Both the position numbers and the translations under genes were made by a program. Of a stretch of 64,000 bases of DNA, positions 1 through 9,187 are shown in pieces (positions within the stretch are counted from its first letter, which is position 1; each line of letters starts with the position of its first letter). The DNA is from Desulfobacterales bacterium (GTDB taxonomy: Bacteria; Desulfobacterota; Desulfobacteria; Desulfobacterales; UBA5852), in contig CAXXVS010000002.1 in assembly GCA_963674755.2 (NCBI GenBank), forward strand, positions 1,824,001-1,888,000, given 5' to 3'. The notes beneath the pieces are model-generated. The model was not told where the DNA came from. It searched no databases and was given only the letters and a program-made list of their open reading frames with translations.

Positions 1-326
1 GGGGCGCCACCTTGGGGCAAGATTTCAAATGCCTGGCGCCCTTCGGTCGCTTGATTCTTTTCGGCGCCATGGGGGGAGAGCCAGCCCCGCTGCCTCTGGA
101 AAGGCTGCAACCGAACAACCAGTCGATGATCGGCTTCAGTTTCGGCCACTATCGACGATTCAAACCCCAGTTGGTATCCAAAACCATCAAGCATGCGATC
201 CACCTGATGAACGAAGGGCAAATCACGATCCACCTGAGCAAGCAGTTCCCACTAGGCAAGGCTGCAAAGGCTCATACCTATATCGAAACACGAAGGGCAT
301 TGGGGAAAGTTATTCTGACGCCGTGA
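1..326 (+). CDS. Quinone oxidoreductase / Zn-binding alcohol dehydrogenase (MDR) family, C-terminal part (runs off window start)
   Basis: C-terminal MDR signatures 'CLAPFGRLILFGAMGG' and 'FPLGKAAKAHTYIETRRALGKVIL'. Confidence 0.85.
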   Translation, partial: GATLGQDFKCLAPFGRLILFGAMGGEPAPLPLERLQPNNQSMIGFSFGHYRRFKPQLVSKTIKHAIHLMNEGQITIHLSKQFPLGKAAKAHTYIETRRALGKVILTP

Positions 327-506
327 CGGCAGGCTGATCCCGGATGCATTCACATTGGATGAGGGATAGGATCCCTTCCACCGGCTTTACCATGCCTATA
401 GCCTTCTCTTCGCCGCTTGATCGCAACGACGCGGATTGAACAGATCGCAAAAAAGCGTGATGCAGCAGATCTCGACTCCAGATTGAGTGATAGACGCTCT
501 ACCCAA

Positions 507-917
507 TCAACCGGCCGCTGCAATCATGGCTTCGAGCCGTTTCATCAGGTTGTGTTTGTAGCCCAGCCGTTTGGCATCGGCCAGATAGGCGGCGGCTTTG
601 GCAGGATCATCCAGGAAGCGCATGTGCACTACGGCCAGGTCCCAGTAGGGATCGGCCAGGTAGGGATCGAGGGCGATGGCCTCTTCGAACAGGGCGCACA
701 TGGTGTCGATCTGCGCCTGCGACGGCATCGTCCCGGCCTGGTCGCAGGCCGCCATGATGAATTCCCCTTTCCCACCGCGGGCCAGGGCAGCCCGGCGCTT
801 GAGGGTGGGATCGTCCGGATCCTTCTGCCGGACCCGGTCCACATAGGCAATGGCATCATCGTGGCGCTCGGCTTTGAGCAGCTCCGCATATTTAAGTCGG
901 TCGAATTCTTGAGCCAT
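507..917 (-). CDS. Small TPR-like helical protein
   Basis: 136 aa with TPR-like 'FEEAIALDPYLADPYWDLAV'; GGGAGG RBS; 17 bp after the NERD stop. Confidence 0.65.
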   Translation of the reverse strand: MAQEFDRLKYAELLKAERHDDAIAYVDRVRQKDPDDPTLKRRAALARGGKGEFIMAACDQAGTMPSQAQIDTMCALFEEAIALDPYLADPYWDLAVVHMRFLDDPAKAAAYLADAKRLGYKHNLMKRLEAMIAAAG

Positions 918-934
918 GCGCGTTGCCTCCCTTC

Positions 935-1816
935 TCAGGCCTGTGGTTCGATATCATGGCATTTCTGATCCAGCTGGTGGGTGATACGGGAGAGCATATC
1001 CGATGTCAATGGCCGCGGTGGGATATGCGCGAAGAGGGAGTCGAACTGTTTGGGATTGACCACGGGCATGCCTTGGGCGGCGGTACGTTTGACAAACCAG
1101 CCTGGCAAAGCCAGGACGGCCCGCACGGTGAGCTCCTCCCCCACGGCCCGGCTCAGCCAGTTGGCCAGCCACTTGGACTGGCGCTTGGCCTGGGCGATCA
1201 TCTCGATGTCGGTGCCGTTAGGGAAATGCAGGGCCCGGCCGTCGTATTCCACCGTGGCGTCCTCCTGGCGGTTGGCCGTGGTCCGCTTGGAACGGGTCTT
1301 GGTCTCGACGGCAAAAACGCCTTTGGCCCCCACCACGACGTGATCGATGTTGAAGCCCTCCGCCGGAAAATCATGGTAGACATGGTAGCCCTGCGATATC
1401 AGTTGGTTCAGGGCCTGGCCCACGATCATTTCCCCCTCGCAGCCCAGCCGGACCCGTCGTCGCTCGTTCAGGAATCCGAACAGCTTGAAACCCGCATATC
1501 CCATAAAAACGACCGCAATGGCTGCTGCGGCAATGGCCTCGGTCAGGTTGAACGGGCGTTGGTCGAAATACAGATAGGACACATAGCTCGCAAAAATCGC
1601 CAGCGGCACGCCCAGCAAGGAAGCCGCCTGGATGCAGACTTCTTCGTTGAGCTCATCCAGCCGCTTCAACAGACCCTGCCCGGGAAAGCGCTCCCGCTTC
1701 TGGGTAAAAGGTGAACGCAGGCCCTTACCGGCGATTCGATACCGAAAGATATGGACCACGATAATCGCTAGCAGCACAACAGCCGCTATGATCAGAAACG
1801 GGATGAATTGATGCAC
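935..1816 (-). CDS. Membrane-anchored NERD (nuclease-related) domain protein
   Basis: N-terminal hydrophobic helices followed by NERD motifs 'GCEGE', 'YHVYHD', 'NIDHVVVGAKGVFAVETK'. Confidence 0.9.
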   Translation of the reverse strand: MHQFIPFLIIAAVVLLAIIVVHIFRYRIAGKGLRSPFTQKRERFPGQGLLKRLDELNEEVCIQAASLLGVPLAIFASYVSYLYFDQRPFNLTEAIAAAAIAVVFMGYAGFKLFGFLNERRRVRLGCEGEMIVGQALNQLISQGYHVYHDFPAEGFNIDHVVVGAKGVFAVETKTRSKRTTANRQEDATVEYDGRALHFPNGTDIEMIAQAKRQSKWLANWLSRAVGEELTVRAVLALPGWFVKRTAAQGMPVVNPKQFDSLFAHIPPRPLTSDMLSRITHQLDQKCHDIEPQA

Positions 1817-1968
1817 TGGGTTACCCCTTTCAGCTAATCTGATATCGCGCCCGACCGCAAATCAAGCCATCAAAGTTGCGGTCCGATGGTTGGCTTGACG
1901 GACTTCCCGGTGTGGCGTGATACCGAAGAAGCCGCTGCCGTCCCGGCTTTTTTGTGCCCACAATCACC

Positions 1969-2005
1969 AAAAAACCGGCTTCCTCGGGCGACCGAGGAGC
2001 CGGTT
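1969..2005 (-). terminator. Intrinsic terminator, expression platform of the riboswitch
   Basis: Minus strand aaccggctcctcgg-tcgc-ccgaggaagccggtt then U-tract, directly 3' of the aptamer. Confidence 0.85.
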
Positions 2006-2017
2006 CCGCACACCCCT

Positions 2018-2092
2018 GTGGCAGCCCGGCTGTCTCCTATAAGACCCGTGGCTTTCCGTCCCCACCTCACAATGGGTTTGGCTTTTCGTCTG
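2018..2092 (-). ncRNA. c-di-GMP-I (GEMM) riboswitch aptamer
   Basis: Minus strand cgaaaagCCAAACccatt-gtga-ggtggGGACGGAAAGCCacgggtct...agacagccgggctgcc matches the GEMM-I consensus with a GNRA loop; G at the position-20 equivalent. Confidence 0.92.
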
Positions 2093-2235
2093 GTTTACCG
2101 CAATACTAACCGACTGTCAGGACAATGCAATCGTTTTTTGGTGCGCAGTTGTCATCGCTTGCGTCTCTAAAGGCGTTGCGTGAAGTGGAATTGGCTTTCG
2201 TGGGTTCCGGCACATTGGTGTTTTTCCCTGACGGC

Positions 2236-2580
2236 CTAAAAGGTCCTCCCATTCCAGCCGAACATGCTCCGCTCTATATCGCGGAAGTCGATATAGATGC
2301 GATCCGGGGCAACGTTGAGCGCCTCTTCGAGGAAAGCACAGATCTTGGCGGAGAATTCGGCGCAACGCTCTTTGGGCAGACCGATGCTGTGGAGCTGCAC
2401 CATGGCAGCCGGCTCCAGGCCGCCGCCGAAACGCATGGGCGTGCTGTGCTTGATCGCCACCATGACATAGCTCTCGGGTTTGCCCAGAAGTTCCGCGATA
2501 AACGCCGATGCTCTGTGGCTGAGCGCCTCTTCCCCCACCTGATCGATGATTTTGCTGGTTTCGATATTGAAATACGGCAT
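2236..2580 (-). CDS. MIF / phenylpyruvate tautomerase family protein
   Basis: 114 aa, catalytic Pro right after Met, 'LLGKPESYVMV', 'SIG', 'RIYIDF', 'GWNGRTF'. Confidence 0.92.
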   Translation of the reverse strand: MPYFNIETSKIIDQVGEEALSHRASAFIAELLGKPESYVMVAIKHSTPMRFGGGLEPAAMVQLHSIGLPKERCAEFSAKICAFLEEALNVAPDRIYIDFRDIERSMFGWNGRTF

Positions 2581-2633
2581 GGTTCAAATCCTTTCACATA
2601 AATCCGCCAAATAAGCCGAGGTCAAACACGATC

Positions 2634-5270
2634 TCAGGACGGCTGTTTTTCCAGCTCCTCTTGGACTGCGCGACCCAGTTTTCCCAGGGTAACCGGTTTT
2701 TTAAGAAACTGACCCGCTCCAAGCCGTTGGGCTTCCAGCACCTCGTCGGTTTCAGCGAAACCACTGATGATAATCGCCTTCTGCCCGGGATGCAGCTTGA
2801 CAATCCGCTCATAGGTCTCACGGCCGTTCAGGCCCGGATCCATGATCATGTCGAGAAGCACCAGGTCCACCGTATTGGTTCTAAGATAATCGACGGCCTC
2901 CTCTCCGCTGGCAACGGCATGGGGGCGATAGCCCAGAACCTCCAGCATACGGCAGGAGATTTCCCGTTGACTGACCTCGTCGTCCACCACCAATATCTTT
3001 TGGCCACGGCCTTTATGGTGTTGTGCCGTCTTGGGAAGCCTTTGGGCCGGTAATTCCTCACGCGTAGCTGGGAAATAGAGTGCAAAGGTGGTACCTTCCC
3101 TGCCCGTCCGGACATCGATATAGCCTTTATGATCCAGCATGATGTTCCAGGCCACCGCCAGCCCCAGCCCCGTCCCGCTACGGCCCATGACCTTTTTGGT
3201 ATAGAAGGGTTCGAATATTCGCTTGAGGTCGTCCTGGGAAATCCCCTGGCCGTCGTCGGAAACAGCAAGAACGACATATTCACCGACGGCCACATCGTCA
3301 TATCCCCGAAGCGGACGATCCAGATAGCGATTTGATGTGGACAGCACCACCCGGCCGCGGCCCTTGATGGATTCCACGGCATTGGACACCAGGTTCATCA
3401 CCACCTTGCTGATGTGCACCGGCGAGCCGATGATCCCGAAAAGATCCCCGGCCAATTCGGTCTTGACGGCCACGTCGGGGTGAAGCTGTTTGACCTGATC
3501 GAATTCAGGGGAGCGCAGGTAATGATCGATCTGGTCGTTGATGTTCAGGAGCTGTCTGGGTATGGCCACGCCCCTCGCCACGGTCAGGAGATCCTGGACG
3601 ATGTCCACGGCCCGTTTGCCGGACGCCTGGATGGTTTCGATGGGTTTGCGCCATTTGCTGTCGGAAGGCAGATCCAGCAGGAGCAGTTCAGGGTAACTCA
3701 CGATGCCGGAGAGGACATTGTTCAGGTCGTGAGCCACACCGCCGGCCAGAAGCCCCAGAGACTCCATCTTTCTGGAACGGACGAGCTTCTCTTCACTTTC
3801 CCGCAGGGTCTCGGCCGCCCGTTTGCGTTCGGTGATGTCCCGGGCCATCCCGAGCACAACTTCCTGGGCACCGATCACGATCGGAATCGTAGTGATCTCC
3901 GCAATGACATAATCGCCGGATTTCCTTTTCAAGGTGAACTCGTCCGGTCCGGTCGCCTTGCCATCCAAATTTTCGGTCAAACCGTCGATGGCTCTGGATT
4001 TTTCTTCTTCAACCAACAAATCGATATCAAGAAAACTCTTTCCGATCAACTCGCTGCGCTGGTAGCCGAGCAAGTCCTCGACCTTTTTGTTGCCATCGAT
4101 AAAGCGCCCTTGGGCATCGTTCAAATAATAGGCTTCGGGGGCGTATTCAAAAAGACGTTTGAACCGGTCTTCACTCTCCCGCAGTGTACGCTGGTTTCGG
4201 GCCAAGGCCGCCGCCATATCGTGAAAAGCTTTGGTCAGCGTGAGAAACTCCTCGGGAGCATTCGCAAGCTCGCTGCGGGCTTCGAGATTTCCATGGGCAT
4301 AGTGGCGGGACAGATCCACAAGGCTCTCAATAGGGGAGATCAGCGTTTTCTTCCCAATGAGCCTCGAGATAAACAGGGCCAACACCGCTGCGGCGACCAG
4401 CAACAGCAGGTTGCGCTTCAAGGTGGCGTTGGTCGGCGCCAGCACATAGGCCTCGGGAATGCCGGCCCATACATACAGGTATGGGGCATCGTCGGGCTTG
4501 AAGCGCACCGGTTCGAAGGCGAAAATCCGCTGTATGCCATCGGAGCCTCGGCCGACAAAGATGCCTTTATCCCCGTCCTGGTGCGCTTTTTCCCAGGAGG
4601 ACCTGCTGATGGATTCTCCGATGGGATTGGTGTCTTTATGGGGCGGATAGTAAAAGAGTCGGACCCCCTGGTGATCCGTCAGCGCGACAAAGGAGTTCGC
4701 CGGCAGACTGGAAATCTCATGAAAAGTGCCAAAATTCGCCACCCGGATCGCCGCCGTCAGCACGCCCTTGAGGCTCTTGTTCGGATTGAGCACGGGATAG
4801 GCAAATGCAAAGGCCGGCGTCCCGGATTCGGTCCGGGAAACGATAAATTCACCGATGGCAAACGCCTTCCTTGCAATGGCCTCACGCACATGTTTACGGT
4901 CCGCAAGATTGAGCGTTCGCATGGGACGACCGGATGCCAGCACCTGGCCGGCAGGATTCGTCAGGGCAATATTGAGGTAGCCGGGGTGCTGTTCGAGCAG
5001 CGTTCTAAAAATCTCCCCGCACTGCTCCGGGTTCAGGCGCTGAACCTGGGGCAGGAAGGACAGGGTCGACAAAACCTGACGGACGGACCGGGTAAAATCC
5101 TGCTGGGATTCCACCATGGCATGGGTCAACAACAGGATGTTCTGCCGGGCCTCTTCGATGGAGCGCTGGCGCTCCTCCAGCCCAGAATACAGGATGATCG
5201 CCAGGGCCGGCATGACCGCTAAAAATACGATCAGGGAAAGGTTAATGCGAATGGAATGCAAACGGATCAT
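2634..5270 (-). CDS. Hybrid sensor histidine kinase (Cache-HAMP-PAS-HisKA-HATPase-REC)
   Basis: Two TM segments, 'AGGVAHDLNN' H-box, 'FEPFYTKK..GTGLGL', receiver 'ILVVDDE...LLDMIM'. Confidence 0.95.
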   Translation of the reverse strand: MIRLHSIRINLSLIVFLAVMPALAIILYSGLEERQRSIEEARQNILLLTHAMVESQQDFTRSVRQVLSTLSFLPQVQRLNPEQCGEIFRTLLEQHPGYLNIALTNPAGQVLASGRPMRTLNLADRKHVREAIARKAFAIGEFIVSRTESGTPAFAFAYPVLNPNKSLKGVLTAAIRVANFGTFHEISSLPANSFVALTDHQGVRLFYYPPHKDTNPIGESISRSSWEKAHQDGDKGIFVGRGSDGIQRIFAFEPVRFKPDDAPYLYVWAGIPEAYVLAPTNATLKRNLLLLVAAAVLALFISRLIGKKTLISPIESLVDLSRHYAHGNLEARSELANAPEEFLTLTKAFHDMAAALARNQRTLRESEDRFKRLFEYAPEAYYLNDAQGRFIDGNKKVEDLLGYQRSELIGKSFLDIDLLVEEEKSRAIDGLTENLDGKATGPDEFTLKRKSGDYVIAEITTIPIVIGAQEVVLGMARDITERKRAAETLRESEEKLVRSRKMESLGLLAGGVAHDLNNVLSGIVSYPELLLLDLPSDSKWRKPIETIQASGKRAVDIVQDLLTVARGVAIPRQLLNINDQIDHYLRSPEFDQVKQLHPDVAVKTELAGDLFGIIGSPVHISKVVMNLVSNAVESIKGRGRVVLSTSNRYLDRPLRGYDDVAVGEYVVLAVSDDGQGISQDDLKRIFEPFYTKKVMGRSGTGLGLAVAWNIMLDHKGYIDVRTGREGTTFALYFPATREELPAQRLPKTAQHHKGRGQKILVVDDEVSQREISCRMLEVLGYRPHAVASGEEAVDYLRTNTVDLVLLDMIMDPGLNGRETYERIVKLHPGQKAIIISGFAETDEVLEAQRLGAGQFLKKPVTLGKLGRAVQEELEKQPS

Positions 5271-5332
5271 GGCAAGTCCATAAGCGGCTCAAAGGGACGC
5301 CGGCTTTAAAACCCAGGCAAACGTGCTATCCT

Positions 5333-6085
5333 TTATCGATTTGGCCCACCTGCTTTGGGAATCGACCAGGACCTGAACTCGGCCGGGAGAAGCGCCATGA
5401 CCTGGGCGCCGGACATGCTGTAGAGATCGTAGTTCAGATCCAACTGTTGAATCACATTGATGAAGCGGTAAAGCGTCCCCGGTGCATTTTTAATCTGAGC
5501 ACCGCGTTTGGGTTTTTGGGTTCGCTGGTCGAAATACAGGTGCGCGGTCGCTTCCATGACACCTCGATTGGTGATGAGCCCCGGGCGAACGGCAAGTTCG
5601 TGGCAGAATTTATTTTCGATATGCAGCGGCGTGTTCAACAGCAGGGGCGACAACATCTCCCCGCAACCGTATACCGTATAGACCAGGTGGGCACCACCTA
5701 AAAGATGCCGGTGGCCGTGCGGATAACCCGGCGCCAATAGGTGCCGGTAGTCCCGCCCCGGTTTGCGTCGGCCGGCCGTATCCGTAGGACAAACCTGGTC
5801 GAAATAGAAAAGAGACAGCCAACTCCACAATCCGACCTCATTTTCAATGGCCTCGCATACCACGTCCGCCAGGGCATCCTCTAAATAGCGAGCGACCTCC
5901 AGTCGACTTTGAAAGGACCGCGCTTCGACCTGCCCGCCACCCGGCACGGGTTGCGACATCCCGGCATCGGTTAACAAGACCGCGGGGGGTGATGCGTCCG
6001 ATCCGGCCCGCAGGCCGTCCAGATAACCGCGGAAGGCGTCCAAACCCCGGTCATTCAACTGCCGCATCTCCATGGATGCCGTCAT
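5333..6085 (-). CDS. Hypothetical protein, gene 3 of the GHKL cassette
   Basis: 250 aa from the ATG at 6085, which overlaps the upstream TGA (ATGA) and has a GGGAGG RBS; 'GLWSWLSLFYFDQVCP', 'RHLL', 'QLDLNYDLYSM'. Confidence 0.8.
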   Translation of the reverse strand: MTASMEMRQLNDRGLDAFRGYLDGLRAGSDASPPAVLLTDAGMSQPVPGGGQVEARSFQSRLEVARYLEDALADVVCEAIENEVGLWSWLSLFYFDQVCPTDTAGRRKPGRDYRHLLAPGYPHGHRHLLGGAHLVYTVYGCGEMLSPLLLNTPLHIENKFCHELAVRPGLITNRGVMEATAHLYFDQRTQKPKRGAQIKNAPGTLYRFINVIQQLDLNYDLYSMSGAQVMALLPAEFRSWSIPKAGGPNR

Positions 6086-6843
6086 GGGGCCTCCCGAACG
6101 GATTGGTTGAACATGTCGAGCAGCTTGTGGCTGGCGCCGAAGGTTTCGACCGCCTGGTCGATCCAGGCTTCCTGATCGTTCCTGCCGATGGGGGGCGGTG
6201 GTGTCATACCGGGCAAGGTGCAAGCCAGCTTCAGCCACAGGCTGGGCCAGTCGTCATCGCAGTCCGGGTCGCTGTGATCGTCCTGGATGAGAACCCGCGT
6301 CAGGATCCGGCGGAGCACTTCCGGGTAGACCAGGGCCAGGAAACGGTTGTCCGAACTGGCCACCAGGCTGATGTCCTCGGCCCTGCTGTTCAGCCGCAGA
6401 ACGGGCCAGTTGCCGTCGAGGTCCAGGACCCAGATCGTATGGCCCAGGTCCTCATACTCCACGAAAAGGAGGGAATGGCCCCCGGCGGGGAGTTCGTCCA
6501 CACGCTCCGGCCGGATCTGATCGAGGGCGGCCAGGATCTTGCCGTGGGTTCCGCTGCGGTCCACCACCTTGACACGGAAAAGAGGGACGGCCTTGTCGGA
6601 AAAAGACGTCAGCCGGCGGTCCGTTGGGATGCGACGCCGGCCCACGGTGCCGCAATCGAACCGCTGGTAGGCCGTACGGTGGTAAGCTTCCACATAGACG
6701 TGGGCGTTTTCCGGCAGGGCCATCTCTTCCAATTGCAGCCGGAGGTTGAAAAAACGCCGTCCGTCGTTGTCCCGCAGGATGTCGATGCCAACGTGGCTGC
6801 GTTTGATCTTCTTGCGTCCGGTGTAGTTGAACTTGCGTATCAT
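6082..6843 (-). CDS. Hypothetical protein, gene 2 of the GHKL cassette
   Basis: 253 aa ORF 'MIRKFNYTGRKKI...', translationally coupled to gene 3. Confidence 0.8.
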   Translation of the reverse strand: MIRKFNYTGRKKIKRSHVGIDILRDNDGRRFFNLRLQLEEMALPENAHVYVEAYHRTAYQRFDCGTVGRRRIPTDRRLTSFSDKAVPLFRVKVVDRSGTHGKILAALDQIRPERVDELPAGGHSLLFVEYEDLGHTIWVLDLDGNWPVLRLNSRAEDISLVASSDNRFLALVYPEVLRRILTRVLIQDDHSDPDCDDDWPSLWLKLACTLPGMTPPPPIGRNDQEAWIDQAVETFGASHKLLDMFNQSVREAP

Positions 6844-6896
6844 AATCTCGTGTGCATCGGCTGTTGCCGGATTGGAAATCGAAGGTCTCTCCCGCT

Positions 6897-8819
6897 TCAG
6901 GGTAGCGTTTTGACCCGCAGATCCCGGTGCGTATCGAAACCGGTTACCGTCAGTCTGAAATCGCCCTGCAGCACCTCGATCTGAACCGCATTCTGCTTGG
7001 CGAGCAGCAGCCGGCAGCCTTCCGAATGGATCCGGACGGGTGCCTGGCCGACATCGAAATCCAGCGTCGTATACTTTTTGAACGGATTGCCGCTGCGCAC
7101 CTCGTAAGCCATCCAGACGGTGATGTAGCGGGGCACTTTCGGGGTTCCGGTCCTGCGCATCAGGCGAAACCCGCCCTTGATGGCACTGAGCCGCAGATAA
7201 GCCGCCCCCTCGACGCCCACGAAGATGTCCTCGGCGCCCTGCCCCGGATCCTCCCCTTTTGCCTTGCGGGACCCCTTACCGGCCGGATCCTCTGTTTTGG
7301 CGCCCAATGCAAAGAGGTGCCGCAGCAGGTTCTTGTCGCGTCCTTTCGGAGGGCGAGTCAGAATTTTTACGATCTCCCGAGGGCTGGTCTTGACGAAATC
7401 CAGCGTGCTCGGCCCGCGAATGTACTTCATCTTGAACTTGCGGGAGTTGCGCTCCCATTCGGTATGGGCCGGGTTTTCGGCATCGCCCAGAAACGAGGAC
7501 AGGGCCGGATCGGTGATGCTGACGATAGCGCGGATCCCTTTGTGTTTGAGCGAGGAAACTTCCGGTATGGTAATGCCCTGCCGGATGAAATGATCCTCGG
7601 CCTTGTCGAGCGCTTCATCCTTTTCCAGATAGACCGCAAAAAACGCCGGGGTGATCGTTTGGCGGCCTTTTTGCTGAAAGCTCAGCGGTACCTGAAAGGC
7701 GAGCCGCCGCCCCTCCATAAAGCACTGCGTCGCACGGGTCAGCTGCTCCATGGCAAACAGGTCCGTGGTCAGTTTCTGGGCCCGACCCTCCGGCGGTGCT
7801 TTCAGCCGAATGTAAGCATCGGACGGCTGCCGGATGGCCCAGCGCGCCAACCCGATCAGCCCGGGCAGTCCCTTTTTGGCCGGCCATTGGGAACGCTTCA
7901 GAATCCCGTCCAGGGAGGCCGCATCGATCTCATAGGCCTTGTCGGCAAACCGCAGCGCGACAATCAAGCGTCCGGATAAAATCGGAAATAGATAGTGCGC
8001 GATGACCGACTGAAGCGTGCCTGAGGGCTGGATATCGCCATCCGGATAGGGGATTAGAATCGAAAGTCCCGGCTTGCCGCGACGCTCGAGACCGAACCGA
8101 CCGACAAAAGCGGCGGTCTGACCTTCGTCCTCCACCGGCAGCGGGAGTGCGCCTTCGAAGCGCCCGAAAAAACCGTAGGGGGAGTAGCGGCGCCCGTTCA
8201 ACTTGTGAATCTTGAGCACGGACTGCCCCATGAGCATGGTGCGCCCATCGTCGCCGCGCACCGTAAGCCCAAAAAAAGTATTGATACGGGAAGCCGCCTG
8301 AAACACCGTTTTGCCGAGCCCCCAACGCCCGATATCGGCTTCGCCCTTGCGGGTGCGGCCGATGTTGCGCCAGAAATAGTAGAAATCGTTGCGCTGCAAG
8401 CCGTCGTCCAGATCGTCGTACTGGCGGATATCTCCCTGCAGTCCGCGTGTGCCGTAGTCTTCGATCAGGAGATAATCGAAATCGTCTTCGAGGGGCGGTA
8501 TATCTTGCAGGCCGGCGTGCCGCACCTGCAAGTGGTCTCCAAGGCCGTCCAGCCATCGGAATTGGGACTCTTTAGCAGCAGGGGGGGCGACAGTCCGTTG
8601 GTGAAAGGCAAAACGGACGGTAACCGGCCCCTCCCCTACGGCTGCATCCAGTGAATTCTGGATCGCTTCGCGCACGAGAGCGTCGTTCAGGCTGCCCAGG
8701 GCCTCGGTGGTAAAGAATTCCCCCTCGATGGGATCGATGTTGATCTCACCGGGCTGCATCTCCCGGAAACGCCATTGGGGTCGGGTTGTTGTGTTCCTAT
8801 GGTGACGATGGACATCCAT
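6897..8819 (-). CDS. Divergent GHKL (MORC/Hsp90-like) ATPase-domain protein, gene 1 of the cassette
   Basis: Bergerat-fold motifs 'REAIQNSLDA' (ExxxNxxDA), 'IEDYGTRGL' (DxGxG), 'GRWGLGKT' (GxxGxG). Confidence 0.8.
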   Translation of the reverse strand: MDVHRHHRNTTTRPQWRFREMQPGEINIDPIEGEFFTTEALGSLNDALVREAIQNSLDAAVGEGPVTVRFAFHQRTVAPPAAKESQFRWLDGLGDHLQVRHAGLQDIPPLEDDFDYLLIEDYGTRGLQGDIRQYDDLDDGLQRNDFYYFWRNIGRTRKGEADIGRWGLGKTVFQAASRINTFFGLTVRGDDGRTMLMGQSVLKIHKLNGRRYSPYGFFGRFEGALPLPVEDEGQTAAFVGRFGLERRGKPGLSILIPYPDGDIQPSGTLQSVIAHYLFPILSGRLIVALRFADKAYEIDAASLDGILKRSQWPAKKGLPGLIGLARWAIRQPSDAYIRLKAPPEGRAQKLTTDLFAMEQLTRATQCFMEGRRLAFQVPLSFQQKGRQTITPAFFAVYLEKDEALDKAEDHFIRQGITIPEVSSLKHKGIRAIVSITDPALSSFLGDAENPAHTEWERNSRKFKMKYIRGPSTLDFVKTSPREIVKILTRPPKGRDKNLLRHLFALGAKTEDPAGKGSRKAKGEDPGQGAEDIFVGVEGAAYLRLSAIKGGFRLMRRTGTPKVPRYITVWMAYEVRSGNPFKKYTTLDFDVGQAPVRIHSEGCRLLLAKQNAVQIEVLQGDFRLTVTGFDTHRDLRVKTLP

Positions 8820-9187
8820 AGCGAAAAGCCTATCCCCATCTGAATATCGGCTCGACGATTCAATACAATGAAGCTTGATTTCCCAGCATTATGAGGCGTT
8901 GTCAAGTAGCGGATCGGGAGGAATGATGTTGGGGGATCATGGCCCAAAAGTCGGCCTAAGAAATGAATTGAAACTTTTGCCTCAAAGCCCTTTATGCCGG
9001 TCCAGCAGACTGCCCTCATAGTAGCCAACAAACCGACCGTCCTCATCATACCAGAAAGTAAGCGAATAAAGGCAGTTTGACATTTCTATGCGCTCTTTCA
9101 CAGCATACGGCAGAAAAAGCACATCACCGATTAAAATACTACCATTAGCAACTGATTGAATGCTCAGGTTAGGCCGATGGGATGGGG

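Noticed and set aside
2018..2092. Possibility that the GEMM aptamers are 3',3'-cGAMP (GEMM-Ib) sensors
   Set aside because: Both copies have G, not A, at the position-20 equivalent (..aG-CC-AAACC), which favours c-di-GMP.
3414..5222. 602-aa plus-strand ORF and many similar long ORFs (e.g. 12106-13707, 33335-35026, 29478-30641, 46624-47787)
   Set aside because: Antisense shadows of well-supported genes in GC-rich DNA; no motifs of their own.
5333..6238. 301-aa version of cassette gene 3 from the ORF track
   Set aside because: The extension overlaps gene 2; the ATG at 6085 has an RBS and ATGA coupling.
6897..8819. Calling the GHKL protein MutL, GyrB, HtpG or a histidine kinase
   Set aside because: Only the ATP-binding motifs match; the family-specific flanking domains and typical gene context are absent.
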